Assembly (NCBI GenBank): GCA_951406725.2
Contig: OX597829.1
Coordinates: 25,916,001 to 25,980,000 of the forward strand
Source of the DNA: Octopus vulgaris
Taxonomy: Eukaryota
DNA length: 64,000 nt
Reading direction: 5' to 3'
A model generated the notes under the pieces. The model worked only from the letters and a program-made list of their open reading frames with translations. It did no database searches and was not told the DNA's origin. The position numbers were made by a program, and so were the translations under genes. Below are positions 1 through 12,236 of this stretch, in pieces. Numbering within the stretch: position 1 is the stretch's first letter; each line of letters opens with the position of its first letter.

Positions 1-180
1 TATAAGGGAAGTAACTCTCTAAAAATGTCTACGATGAGTCAACGATTTAAAAAAAAAATTACCATCATTTTTTATTCCATTTTTAATGCATTTTTTGCTA
101 TTTTTTTGCTATAACTCTCTAAAAATGCTTATATAGTTATTTCCCTTACAAACCCGAGCAACGCCGGTCGATACTGCTAG
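1..180 (+). mobile_element. 3' part of non-autonomous Helitron (family 1)
   Basis: Ends in CCCGAGCAACGCCGGtcgatactgCTAG (subterminal hairpin + CTAG), near-identical to the end of 181-693. Confidence 0.75.
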
Positions 181-693
181 TCTTTATATATAAAACTGTA
201 GTTGTGTGAGTGTCTGTCCCCTTCGATTTAGATTCTTAACTACTCCCACATTTTGCGGTGCAGTTTAACCAAATTCGGGTATCTTATAGTCGTGATTCAT
301 ATCGAGCCTGTCTGGCTATTAGCGCGCGTCTACGATGAGTCTACGATTTTAAAAATAATTTAACATCATTTTTTATTCCATTTTAATGCATAATTTTTCG
401 TGTGTCGATGGCGGCGGAGTTGGCATCCATGGTCACACCTGCACCTGTTTGCTTCTCCCCCTTCTTCCCTCCCTCGTGAAGCTGTGGAGAAGGGAGTGTA
501 AGGAAATCAACGTCGTAAAGCGTTGTCAAGGAGACCAGCGTTCTTTTAGAACAACGACTTCATGGCTTGAAGACACCAAAACAGAAATGGCTAAGAAAGC
601 CCGAATTGGCATCTATAAGGGAAGTAACTCTCTAAAAATGCTTATATAGTTATTTCCCTTACAAACCCGAGCAACGCCGGGCGATACTGCTAG
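181..693 (+). mobile_element. Complete non-autonomous Helitron (family 1)
   Basis: 5' TC(tttatatataaaa), 3' hairpin CCCGAGCAACGCCGGG, then CTAG at 690-693 followed by T; no TIR or TSD; near-identical copy at 26878-27375. Confidence 0.8.
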
Positions 694-1281
694 TTTAAAA
701 TGAAATAATAATTTTGGTAAAAAGTCACGCTGAATGTTTAAACGTAAGATTTCATAGTCAAAGGGAGATAATTCGATTAGCCATAGTCTTATCACCATCA
801 ACAACATGGAGACGTTTTATTTAACAGAGTTTATTTTCTATTACTCTCTGTGGCGTTAATGGTTCGCATCTCCCACCACTGTTGCATTATGTCAACGTGC
901 AAAATACTTAATTGTTTTATGGCACTAAGCCATAACCTAAATGGCCAAAGCATAGCACTGTTTCAACGAATAATTCTAATACAGTAACGCTAACGTGGAC
1001 ACAGTATTTATGACATATTCACATTCTCAGGCGCGCAGACGCTCGAAAACATCTGCAAACTTGCACATACATATTGCAAGTACATATATATAGTTGGCCA
1101 GACACTGACAAATCCCACATGTAAACACGATAGCTTAAGGCATCCGGCATCGTAATTACCTCTGGTCTAAGGGAGATTACTCTCCTCCATCTAATTGCCA
1201 TTCAAAGCCCAGCTAACTAGATTTTGACCATCGACAAAATAACTTATCATACTGTGTTCATTCATTATTCTTCTCCCTTAA

Positions 1282-1537
1282 CCCTTTAGCACTCAGAATA
1301 TTCTGTCAAATGTCGTATTTATTTATTCGCATTGTTTTGAAGTAACCATGCATTATCACGATGGTGTTCCAGCATGACCGCCACCGCATGGCTGAAGCAA
1401 GTAAAAAAAGTATCTGATAGCTTTAAGATTTTTAGAATGACATTGTAGGTTAGGTATGAGAGGCCAGATCTGGCCAGTTTGGACACAAAGCAAGTAAAAT
1501 ATTTGGGCCAGTTATGGCCGATTTAAGTGCTAAAGGG
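1282..1537. mobile_element. piggyBac-type MITE
   Basis: TTAA|CCCTTTAGCAC...GTGCTAAAGGG|TTAA; related degenerate copy at about 47886-48228. Confidence 0.8.
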
Positions 1538-1794
1538 TTAATATTTTCGTAACTTTCTACTAGTGCTGAAAACTTCTATCCGAACTTCTAGACGAATGGG
1601 GTGCTAGCTTCCTATCTTTTTATTCCATTTTTATCCAGATTATTGAAAATTAGCTTCTCTGCATTCGACCTGAGCGCACATTTACACTTATACTCGTAAT
1701 CACGATAACACATTCACACCTACGCTCTCACACGCATATACACAGGGGTACTCATTTGTACAGACATACACTCATTCACAAGCACATAATCTCT

Positions 1795-1868
<74 letters not shown>

Positions 1869-2076
1869 TACATACTTATCTATATATTGTAATGTTGATG
1901 CGAGATATTGAGCCAGAAACGTATACCACATCCGTCCTCTTATCTTCAGCCAATCCTGTACTTTTTTCTTTAATGGCATGTCCTCTTATGAGAATTTTTC
2001 ATTTCATCTGTTATTACCTCCCCTCCTCCAGTAGAGCTGGTCAAAATTGCTATGCTCTAGAGGTAGAGATGATTTT

Positions 2077-2114
<38 letters not shown>

Positions 2115-2252
2115 ATGCGTGTGTGCATGTTTATGTGTGTGTGTGCATGCGTGTGTGCATGCGTGTGTGTGTGTGTGTGCGTGCGTGTGTGCGTGCGTGT
2201 GTGCGTGCGTGTGTGTGTGTGTGCGTGTGTGCGTGTGTGCGTGTGTGTGTGT
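1795..2252. repeat. (CA)n(TA)n and compound (GT)n/(GTGC)n microsatellites
   Basis: Direct reading; representative of dozens of such tracts across the window. Confidence 0.95.
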
Positions 2253-2439
2253 ATCCTCTGTTATATTCTTTAATGTGGTGGTATCTCTTGATTGAAGTTA
2301 ACCCCACATGTTTTTGTAAATTTTTTTTGTGCTGTAACTCGTTCTTCGATATTGCTCCTCACGTCTTGGGCTCTTGTGGCCAATAAAAGAAATCATCATC
2401 ATCATCATCGTCATCATCATCTTTATTAATATCATTACC

Positions 2440-3190
2440 GGGGAGCTGGCAGAATCGTTAGCGCACTGGAAGAAATGCTTAGCCGTATTGGATCATTTTT
2501 TAAAATCTGTAGGTCGAAAGGTAAAGATCCACAGTATTTCCCTCGTCGCTACGTTCTGAGTTAAAATTATTATTAAGGCGAACTGGCAGAATCGTTAGGG
2601 CGCCGGACAAAATATTTAGCGGCATTTCGTCCGTCTTTCCGATCCGAGTTCAAATTTCGCTGCGATCGACTCTACCAATCATTCCTTCGGGGTCGATAAA
2701 ATAAGTACCATTTGTATACTGGAGTCGATGTAATAATGGACTAGCCACATCACGCCAAATTTCTGGTCTTGTGCCGTTAATAAAACGAACAATTACCCAC
2801 AATTATTATTAAGGCAGCGAGCTGGCAGAATCGTTAACACGCCGGACAAAATATTTGGCGACATTTCGTCCGTTCTGAGTTCAACTTCCGCTGAGGTGCA
2901 CTCTGATTTTAGGATCAATAAAATAAGTACGAGTCAATTACTTGGCTTGACGCAATAGACTAATCCACTCCTAATGGATTATTAAAGGCGGCGGTCGGAC
3001 AAAATGCTGAGAAGTATTTTTTCTGGCTCTTTATGTTCTGAGTTCAAATACCGCCGAGATCAATCAACATTGCCTTTCATCCTCTCGAGATCGATAAAAT
3101 AAAATACAAATCACGTACTGGGGTAACATAAGCGACCTGCCCCGACCCCCTTCTTCTTAAAATTGCTGGCACCATACCAAAATTTGAAAC
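2440..3190 (+). mobile_element. Head-to-tail cluster of 4-5 tRNA-derived SINE copies (family B, Meta-domain-like)
   Basis: Repeated GGCGAGCTGGCAGAATCGTTA (A box region), GAGTTCAAATT (B box) and GCCTTTCATCCTTTCGGGGTCGATAAAATAAGTACC, which resembles the MetaSINE/Sauria core. Confidence 0.75.
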
Positions 3191-4569
3191 CATTTCTACG
3201 GATGGAAGGATGTCTTGTAACAACCGGAAATAATTCACCAGGTCTAGTGTGTTGTGTGGATGCATGTAGAAAGTTCTTTGGGTGAACCAAATGCCGAAAT
3301 ATTAATTAGTTATAACAGCGCAATTATAGGTGAAAAGAAATGAGTTGTAAAAAGTTTAAACGGATGTTTAAAAACGTAAATGATGTTGCTTCATTTAAAT
3401 TCAAATTTGTTTACGGAGGGGTTTGGAATCTACACACCCACTCGCAGACATCAAGTTACTCAAAAGTTACCCCCCTTAGATCAAATTTCACTTTTGGTCG
3501 GTGTGTTGTAAATGTGGGTTGCAGTTTTTATCTCTGAAATTCGCTTCTTGCTGCATCTTCCAGTGTTTTAATTTTTAATTTGTAATCCTCCCCACACACA
3601 CATCCGTTTGATTTAACCTACTTAAATTCCCCCGTGTTTATCTACATAGAAAAATGTCCTCTTCAATGATTCAGGATTCCGCTCCCAGTCAAAATTTTAT
3701 CTCTAAACAATGTCTTTCAGTCTCAATGATTTTTTTGTGTCACATTTACTCAGCCTCAGCCTCGTTCGTTGTCATTTCTGAGTCCAGGCCGAGACTTTTA
3801 TCATAATTTCATTCACGCTTAGGATAATTTATAAGAATAAAAAATTAACCCTAGTACTTGACTGGCATTTTATTGTAAATTTATCGAATCCGAAAGGATG
3901 ACGGGTAAATTTGAATTCGGCAGTGTTTGAACTCAAAACCGAAACTATTAACCAAAGCTCTAAAAAATGTAACTGCTTACTTCCTAGTCGAGCTTCTACT
4001 TTTTATCATTTCGCTTTTAAACGATAGGATGTGAATTAAAGGGGCACATACAGATTCAATCGTTAACCTCGCTGTTTCCGTTTGACGTTGTATCTCTCTG
4101 TCCTGTCAATATTACATTTTTCTCCCATATTTGCTCAAACAAAGCAATTTTAGAGAACGACTAGAATTGTTTCCCCCCCCCCTCACTATATATCATTTTT
4201 AATGTTTCACGTACATATATTAATGTAATAAGCGTTTTTTATTTATTAATCTATCCATACACATACTCTCTTCGCACTATCAGTGATACTCTCCCTCTCT
4301 TTCCCCCTCTGTCTCTGTCACACGTACATACACATCTTCTCTCTGTCACTCTGACACTTCTAAATCACAATAAGAGACACTTATATTTTCCACTTTATGA
4401 GTTTCCACAGATATAAAATATACATAGAATAACTTTAGTACTTCTGTAAGTAGAAAAAAAATGTGCTCTCACCCTGCTTCTTTCACTCTCTCTGCTTTTC
4501 CAACACACTCTTTCTGTGTGCTTCTCTCACTCTCTCTCTCTATCCATCCATTTAAAGATATATATTTAT

Positions 4570-4628
4570 ATTGATAGATGGATAGATAGATAGATAAATA
4601 GATAGATAGCTAGATAGATAGATAGATG

Positions 4629-4688
<60 letters not shown>
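4570..4688. repeat. (GATA)n microsatellite
   Basis: Direct reading. Confidence 0.95.
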
Positions 4689-4689
<1 letters not shown>

Positions 4690-5010
4690 GCGTGGCTGTG
4701 TGGTAAGGGATATACTTCTCAACCACATGGCTCTGGGTTCAATTCTCTTGCATGGTACCATGGCAAGTGCATTCTGATATACCTTCGGGCTGATAAAAGC
4801 CCTGTGAATGAATCTGGGTGGTTTATGGAAACTGAAAGAAGTACGTTTTGTGTGTGTGTGTGTGTGTGTGTGTGTTTATGCATATGTTACTGATACCATG
4901 CTTTGACTTTGCATTATTGTTGTAAACAAATGTCATTGTCATGCAAATGCTGTCCTTCGTTCATCTTCCATGAAATCATGTTTATTCATGAGAAATTATT
5001 ACCTTACTTA
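4690..5010 (+). mobile_element. tRNA/CORE-like SINE (family A head, RTE-tailed body variant), degenerate
   Basis: TGGCTGTGTGGTAAG A box, GGTTCAATTC B box; body homologous to 19050-19230, 30770-30890, 36098-36245 and 44790-45030. Confidence 0.6.
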
Positions 5011-5055
5011 GCTTCTAGCTATAGACTTGCAGTGGTGAATTTTCTACACACGCAA

Positions 5056-5090
<35 letters not shown>

Positions 5091-5091
5091 G

Positions 5092-5130
<39 letters not shown>

Positions 5131-5132
<2 letters not shown>

Positions 5133-5295
5133 TCTTTATTACCCACAAGGGGCTAAACATAGAGGGGACAAACAAGGACAGACAAAGGGATTAAGTCGAT
5201 TACATCGACCCCAGTGCGTTACCGGTACTTAATTTATCGACTCCGAAAGGATGAAAGGCAAAATCGACCTCGGAGGAATTTGAACTCAGAACGTA

Positions 5296-5300
<5 letters not shown>
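5131..5300 (-). mobile_element. SINE family B, 3' part
   Basis: Reverse complement matches 63890-64000 and 62481-62650. Confidence 0.75.
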
Positions 5301-5352
<52 letters not shown>

Positions 5353-5547
5353 ATATAGATACAAAAACTAAGCTCAATTTTGTTTATCTGCATCATTTTC
5401 TTTCCATATCAGCTCACCTGGATTTCTCTTATAGTCACTCTTTACCTTTTGACCTTGTCCTCAATAAAGACTTCAAAGTGTAAGTTCGAATCATTTGAGC
5501 ATAACTATGTGTATTCTATGTTAAGTATCTCTAAATCTCGCTTATTG

Positions 5548-5615
<68 letters not shown>

Positions 5616-5653
5616 TGTGTGTTTATGTGTGTGTGTATGCATGTATGTATTAT

Positions 5654-7975
5654 AATCATCAACATCATCATCATCATCATTTAACATCTGTTTTCCATTC
5701 TGGCATTGACTGGACGGTTTGGCAGGAGCACGGCTGTGTGGTAAGGGATATGCTTCCAAACCACATGGCTCTGGGTTCAATTCTCCTGCATGGTACCATG
5801 GGAGCAAGTGCCTTCTGATATAGCTTCTGGCTCATCTAAACCTTTTGCTGCACCAGCCTCCATTGTCTGCTCTGGTATGGTTTCTATGTATGGGTACCCT
5901 TCCTAATACCAACCACTTTACAGAGTGTGCTGGGTACTTTTTATGTAGCACTAGCCCTAGATGTTTTTATGTGGCACCAACACCTGTGCATTTTACATGA
6001 CACCATCACCTGTGCATTTTTTGTGACACCAGCACTGTTATTAATCCTTATGTGGTGGATGGGTCTTCTTGAGTACAATTGGTGCCAGATATCTCAGTTC
6101 TTTGTTATCTCCTTTGTTAGGTTCATTGTCTTGAGATCAACCTTCAGTCTTGAGATCAACCTTCCACAAGTTTCATTCACTTTAAGTGATCAGCACTTCT
6201 ATGTGTACCACGTGACCAAACCATTGCAATCTTCTCTTTGCACACTGCATCTTACTCCTCTTTTGCCTAACTTTTCTCTCAATACACTAGCATTCTGTCA
6301 CATATATACACTGACATTGCACATCCAGCACAGCATACTAGTTTCATTCCTCTATAATTTTTGTATGTCCTCTACATTCAGGGCCCATATCTTACAACCA
6401 TGTAGCATTGCTGTTTGTATACATGCATTACAATCTTCTTTTCACTTGTAAAGAGAGACCTTTGGTTGCCAACAGAGGCAGAAGCTCTCTGAGTTTTCTC
6501 CATCCTATTCTTATTCTAGTGATTACACTTTCTGTAAATCCTCCCACATTGCTAATTAGGTCTCCTAAGAGCCAGAAATTATTCTCTACCTCTAAAGAGC
6601 CTGTGGGGCATTTGAAAAAAATCAGCTTCTTGAGTATCTGTAGTTTCTATGGTTCCTGTGCATCTTCCACATTACTTTTCTGAAAACCTTCCTGTTATTC
6701 CTCAGCACCTCTTATATTAAGTTAACCTTAAGGCTCTTTGATACCAGATTTTGCTTCCACACCTGGAATTTCTTTTCTAGTTTTGTTATAGAATCTGCAA
6801 TGAGAGCTAGGTCATCAGCATATAGCAGTTCCCAGTAGCAGCCAGTCTTGAACTTCTCAATTATGGTCTGGAAGATGATGATGAACAGGAAGGAACTGAG
6901 AACTAAACCTGATTAACACCTACATGTACACTAAATTCATCATATACTCGTGGTTAACACTCACCTTATTGACAGAACCTCTATACATGGCCTGTACTTG
7001 ACATCACGAGTAATTCATCTACCCCTAGCTTCCAGGGAGCCCACCAAATCACACAAGTGGGGTACTTTGTCAAAAGCTTTCTCTAAGTCAACAAATGCCA
7101 AGTGTAATGGTTTACTCTTAGCCAAATACTTCTCCTACAGTTGTCTGACTATAAAGATAGTGTCAGTACTGCATTTCATCTAATTTGATTCTGTTCCTAA
7201 TCAACTGGGCTATAATTCTAACTTTTATGACCTGGTCCAGCAATTTGATGGTCTTTGTAATTACTTCTATCTAAAATATCTCCCTTACCCTTGTAGTAGC
7301 TGATTATAATGCTGCTATATCAATCTTTGGAGATGACACCCTCATGAATAACTTGATTAACTATATGGGTGACTAGACTGTATTCTACTCTGCCAGATAT
7401 TTTAAGCATATCAGCAGTGATTCCTGATGGACCAAGGGCTTCCCCTGTTTTCATATCCTTAATTGCCTTATCTATCATATTGCTGTCAACATGACTAGCC
7501 ATCTCCTCTGTTGGGTTCCCTTTCTTCCATTCATTTTCCACTTTTAATAGCCTTTCATAGCACTTTCATTTCATGCCTTTTTTGTTTCTGAGTCACTGAG
7601 TGCAAGCATACCATTAGCCATCCATACACACTTCTCTTCCCCAACATCTCGATTTTCTCTGACACCTCAAGTCTCTGATCTTCATGTTGTAAGACATTGG
7701 CAAACTTCTTCCTTTCTGTTTCTGACCTTGCTAGATATACCAATCATCTAGCTTCCCTCATGGCTACCTGATATAGTTCTTTGCTGCTTTCATCTCTTTC
7801 TAATCTTTTCAAGCCTGTCTCTTCCCTTGTATGGCCCTAGCTACCTCATTGTTCCACCACCAAGTCACTCTTCATCTGACAGAGACTTTGTCCCAGCCAC
7901 AGATTTTGTCTGCAGCCTACAGAAGGTTGTCTCATAGGAACTTCCACTTGTCCTCGATGTCATACGTTCACAACA
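5654..7975 (-). mobile_element. Old, decayed RTE LINE (RT + 3' UTR, (GAT)n tail), SINE head inserted near the tail
   Basis: Minus-strand fragments DKAIKDMKTGEALGPSGITADMLKISG, KKFANVLQHEDQRLEV and WELLYADDL, with many stops and frameshifts. Confidence 0.9.
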
Positions 7976-7979
7976 GGCA

Positions 7980-8660
7980 GAAATAGGTGTCTTGCTATAG
8001 AGGAGGTATATAGTTACTCGGTGAGAGAGAGAGAGAGAGGTACGAGAAAGAGGCCAGAAACAAGTGTGCTGATGTAAAAGAGATACTTGGTTACCTAGTC
8101 AGAGGAAAAACAAGAGGAGATAGTAAGTGATCAAAGACAGAGAAAAAGAGAGAGAGTAGGAAACACCAAAAGTGTGAGAGAGAGCAGAAGAGAGATGGTG
8201 TAGTGCTAGAGTAAACTCACAAGTAACAAGAATATGAGCATGGAACCTGGGTAGAAAAATAGGGTGTGGGTGTTGGGGGTGTGAACATGGCAGTGAGGGC
8301 AAGAAAGGAGATAGGAAAACAATCATAATTTATGAATAGGAAATGCGAGGAAGAGAAAGATGCAGTTTAGAAGGGGAGTTGCAGTTTGGTTTCTTGGGGT
8401 AGAGTGGGTGGAAAGTGTGTTGTTACATGTGGATAGGACACAGCTCTTCTAGCACTCAGTTTCGTGGTCAGGTCTTCTCTAGAACCTCATATTGCCTAAC
8501 ATCTCAGTCCATTATCATTTTCTCTGTGAGCCCCAACATCCTAAGATCGGTTCTCACCACTTCATCCTATGTTTTCCTGGGCCTCTCTTCCACAGGTACC
8601 ATCCACTTTCAGTGACAAGCACTTATGTATACAGCTGCCTTCACTCATGCACAAACCAAT
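7980..8660 (-). mobile_element. RTE C-terminus and long 3' UTR of an older subfamily
   Basis: RPRKT*DEVVRTDLRMLGL remnant at about 8520-8590; UTR homologous to 41880-42560. Confidence 0.65.
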
Positions 8661-8734
8661 ACACACGGGCACCCCCCCACACACACACACACATACACAG
8701 ACGCACACATTCTTTTATTTTCTTATTCTTTAAG

Positions 8735-8963
8735 TTGTTTCTGTCATTTGACAGTGGCCATGCTGGAGCACCACCTTAAAGGGTTTTTTTAGTTAAGCAA
8801 ATCGACCCCAGAACTTATTTTTGTAAGCCTAGTACTTATTCTATTGGCCTCTTTTGACAAACTGCTAAGTTACATGGGATGTAAATACACCAACATCAGA
8901 CGGTGGGGGACAAATATAGACATGCATACACAGAAATATATACATACATAAATACATATATAC

Positions 8964-9025
<62 letters not shown>

Positions 9026-9260
9026 AGCAGAGATATCCGGTGTTGCTCAGGATTAAAATGGCATAGTTTTTTATTGTTTTACTTGCTTCAGTCATGTGAC
9101 TGCAGTCATGCTGGACCACCACATTTAGCCGAAGAGATTGGTGACAGGATTTATTCTTTGAAAGCTTAGTACTTATTCTATCGGTGTGTTTTGCAAAAGG
9201 CTAAGTTATGAGGACGTAAACACAGCAACATCAGTAGTCAAGTGATGGTGGGGGTACAAA
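8735..9260 (-). mobile_element. Two SINE family A 3' halves
   Basis: GTTTCAGTCATTTGACTGYGGCCATGCTGGAGCACC...AGTACTTATTCTATCGG consensus. Confidence 0.75.
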
Positions 9261-9313
9261 CACATGCACACACACATGTATATGTGCATATATATATGTG
9301 TGTGTGTGTGTGT

Positions 9314-9349
<36 letters not shown>

Positions 9350-9454
9350 GTATATAAATATATATATAGATAAAAGTATATCCTTAAATCCTTAAAAATG
9401 TTTTAGCCCGAAGGCCGCGGCCATGCTGGGGCACCACCGTATATATATATACAT

Positions 9455-9871
9455 GATTGATTGATTGATTGATTCTAGTTTCAGCTTATGAGCTGTGGCC
9501 ATGCTGGGGTACCGCCATTTGGTGTTGCTACTTGGTTTCACTTCATGAAGGCTTTCTAGCAACTGCTATTTGGTGCATGAGAGAGTTCGATGCAGCTGCC
9601 CTCGTCTGCCCCTCCTGCCGTGAAGTTGGTTCATCTGGGACACCTGACAGGAAGAGATCCAGCTTCATTTTAAAGACATCTGTATCCACCCCATGCAGGT
9701 CTCTCAGGTTCTTCGGGAGGATATTGAAGAGCTGTGGGCCTCGGAAGCCCAGGCTATCACAGAATCTTGTCCTACATCTTGATGGCAATTTTGGAGTCAT
9801 AGGCACCACGCAGTGCCGCCCAGTTCTGGCATTTGCGTAACTCTCGATGCCAAAGTTCAGGACACGTCCCT

Positions 9872-9875
<4 letters not shown>
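9455..9875 (-). mobile_element. 5'-truncated CR1/L2-group LINE 3' end with (AATC)n tail
   Basis: ORF 9543-9875 (GPQLFNILPKNLRDLHG...FKMKLDLFLSGVPDEP...AAASNSL) is typical of a CR1-group ORF2 C-terminus; short UTR with stem-loop, then a tetranucleotide tail. Confidence 0.8.
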
Positions 9876-9924
<49 letters not shown>

Positions 9925-10029
9925 AATTTATATACATATGTATATGAGCGTCCAATAACACTACACTTGTTCCATGTTCTTGCATTGTTGTGTTTTCTCT
10001 TTGTTCATGTTTGGATTAACTATATACAT

Positions 10030-10064
<35 letters not shown>

Positions 10065-10078
10065 CATATCTATATATA

Positions 10079-12236
10079 CATCATCATCATCATCATCATT
10101 GTTTAACGTCCGTTCTCCATGCTAGCATGGGTTGGACGGTTCGACCGGGGATCTGGGAAGCCAGAAGGCTGCACCAGGCTCCAGTCTTATCTGGCAATGT
10201 TTCTACAGCTGGATGCCCTTCCTAACGCCAACCACTCCATGAGTGTAGTGGGTGCTTTTTACGTGCCACCTGCACAGGTGCCAGGCGAGGCTGGCAACGG
10301 CCACGGTTGGATTGGTGTATTTTACGTGCCACCGGCACGGAAGCCAGTCGAGGTGGCACTGTCTTCGGCTATGATTCGGATGGTGCTTTTTACGTGCCAC
10401 TGGCACGGAAGCCAGTCAAGGCGGCACTGGCATCGGCCACGATTCGGACAGTGCTTTTTACGTACCACCAGTCTAGGGGTCCTGGCATCTGCCGGGTGCC
10501 AGTCATAGGATTGGTTCAATTTCGATTCCAATTTCGATTTCGATTTCACTTGCCCCAACAGGTCTTCGCAAGCAAAGTGGGGTTGGCATGGGTGCCTGTC
10601 GTCGGATGAGGTTCGATATCGACTTCGCTTGCCTCAACAGGTCTTTGTGTGTCCAAGGGAGGAAAGGCATGCATAAGTGGGCTGGATTCACTTGTTCTGC
10701 CTGGTCTTCTCACGCACAGCATATTTCCAAAGGTCTCGGTCGCTGGTCATTTCCTCAGTGAGGCCTAAAGTTCGAAGGTCATGCTTCACCACCTCGTCTC
10801 AGGTTTTCCTGGGTCTACCTCTTCCACGGGTTCCCTCAACTGCTAGGGATTGGCACTTTTTCACACACCTATCTTCATCCATTCTTGCCACATGACCATA
10901 CCAGCACAATCGTCTCTCTTGCACACCACAACTGATGCTTCTTAGGTCCAACATTTCTCTCAAGGTACTAACGCTCTGTCGAGTATGCACACTGACATTA
11001 CACATCCATCGAAGCATACTGGCTTCATTCCTCGCGAGCTTACGCATGTCCTCAGCAGTCACGGCCCATGTTTCACTGCCATGTAGCATGGCTGTTCGTA
11101 CACATGCATCATACAGTCTGCCTTTTACTTTGAGCGAGAGGCCTTTAGTCACCAGCAGAGGTAAGAGCTCCCTAAACTTTGCCCAGGCTATTCTTACTCT
11201 AGCAGTTACACTTTCAACGCCCCCCCCCCTACTGACTTGGTCACCTAGATAACGGAAGCTATCAACTACTTCTAGTTTTTCCCCCTGGAAAGTGACGGAA
11301 GTTGTTTTCTGCAGATTTTCAAAGTTTAATGCTCCCGAGCATCTGCCACATAAAAAAACTATCTTCCCAGTTAGCCTTCCTTTGACATTGCTGCACCTCT
11401 TATGTGTCCATAGCTTACACTGGATACATCTTATAGAGTTTCTACCTACACCTTTTCTACAGATCGAGCAGGGCCATCTTCCTGAAGACATTTGTGGATT
11501 GTCTACCTTCCTACATATTAGTACTTTGGTTTTAGCTAGGTTGACTCTAAGGCCCCTCGATTCTAAACCCTCCTTCCACACCTGGAACTTCTCCTCCAGT
11601 TCTGATAGTGACTCAGCAATTAGAGCAAGGTCGTCAGCATAGAGGAGCTCCCAGGTGCAACCTGTCTTGAATTTCTCCGTAATTGCCTGGAGGACTATGA
11701 TAAATAGGAGGGGGCTGAGTACTGAACCCTGGTGGACCCCAACCTCTACTTTGAATTCTTCTGTGTACATGTTGCCAACCCTAACCTTACTTACGGCATC
11801 CCTGTACATGGCTTGCACAGCCCTCACCAGCCATTCATCTATCCCTAGTTTCCTTATTGACCACCAGATAAGGGATCAGGGGACCCTGTCAAAGGCTTTC
11901 TCCATGTCAACGAAAGCCAGGTACAGGGGCTTATCTTTGGCTAGGTATTTCTCCTGCAGCTGTCTCACCAGAAATTTGGCATCAGTGGTGCTTTTCCCTG
12001 GCATGAAACCAAACTGCATCTCGTCCAAGTTGAATATCTCCCTAATCAGTTGGGCTATGACCCTCTCTGTAACCTTCATTACCTGATCCAACAGCTTGAT
12101 ACCTCTGTAATTATTTGTATCTAGGGCGTCTCCTTTACCTTTGTAGCAGTTGACTAGTATGCTGCTACACCAGTCATTGGGTATGACTCCTTTGTGTATC
12201 ACCTGGTTAACTATACAGGTGACTAGGTTATAGCCG
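10079..12236 (-). mobile_element. Young 5'-truncated RTE LINE (RT, PHD finger, 3' UTR repeats, (GAT)n tail)
   Basis: ORFs 11876-12202 and 10799-11827 (QFGF, AFVDMEKAFDRV, GVHQGSVLSPLLF, LLYADD), split by single stop codons. Confidence 0.95.

Noticed and set aside
386-649. 87 aa ORF repeated at 27084-27455
   Set aside because: Inside a non-autonomous Helitron; the frame is not conserved between copies; no recognisable domain.
1794-2386. Cys/Val, Tyr/Ile and His/Thr-rich ORFs (also near 5505, 31676, 42779, 53938 and 61095)
   Set aside because: Translations of di- and tetranucleotide microsatellites.
3200-3800. Possible promoter (some CpG, CCGGAA ETS-like site)
   Set aside because: A single short motif and no linked first exon; unsupported.
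10935-12086. Plus-strand ORFs over RTE copies (also 13496-14224 and minus-strand 50261-50992)
   Set aside because: Antisense shadows of the RT frame.
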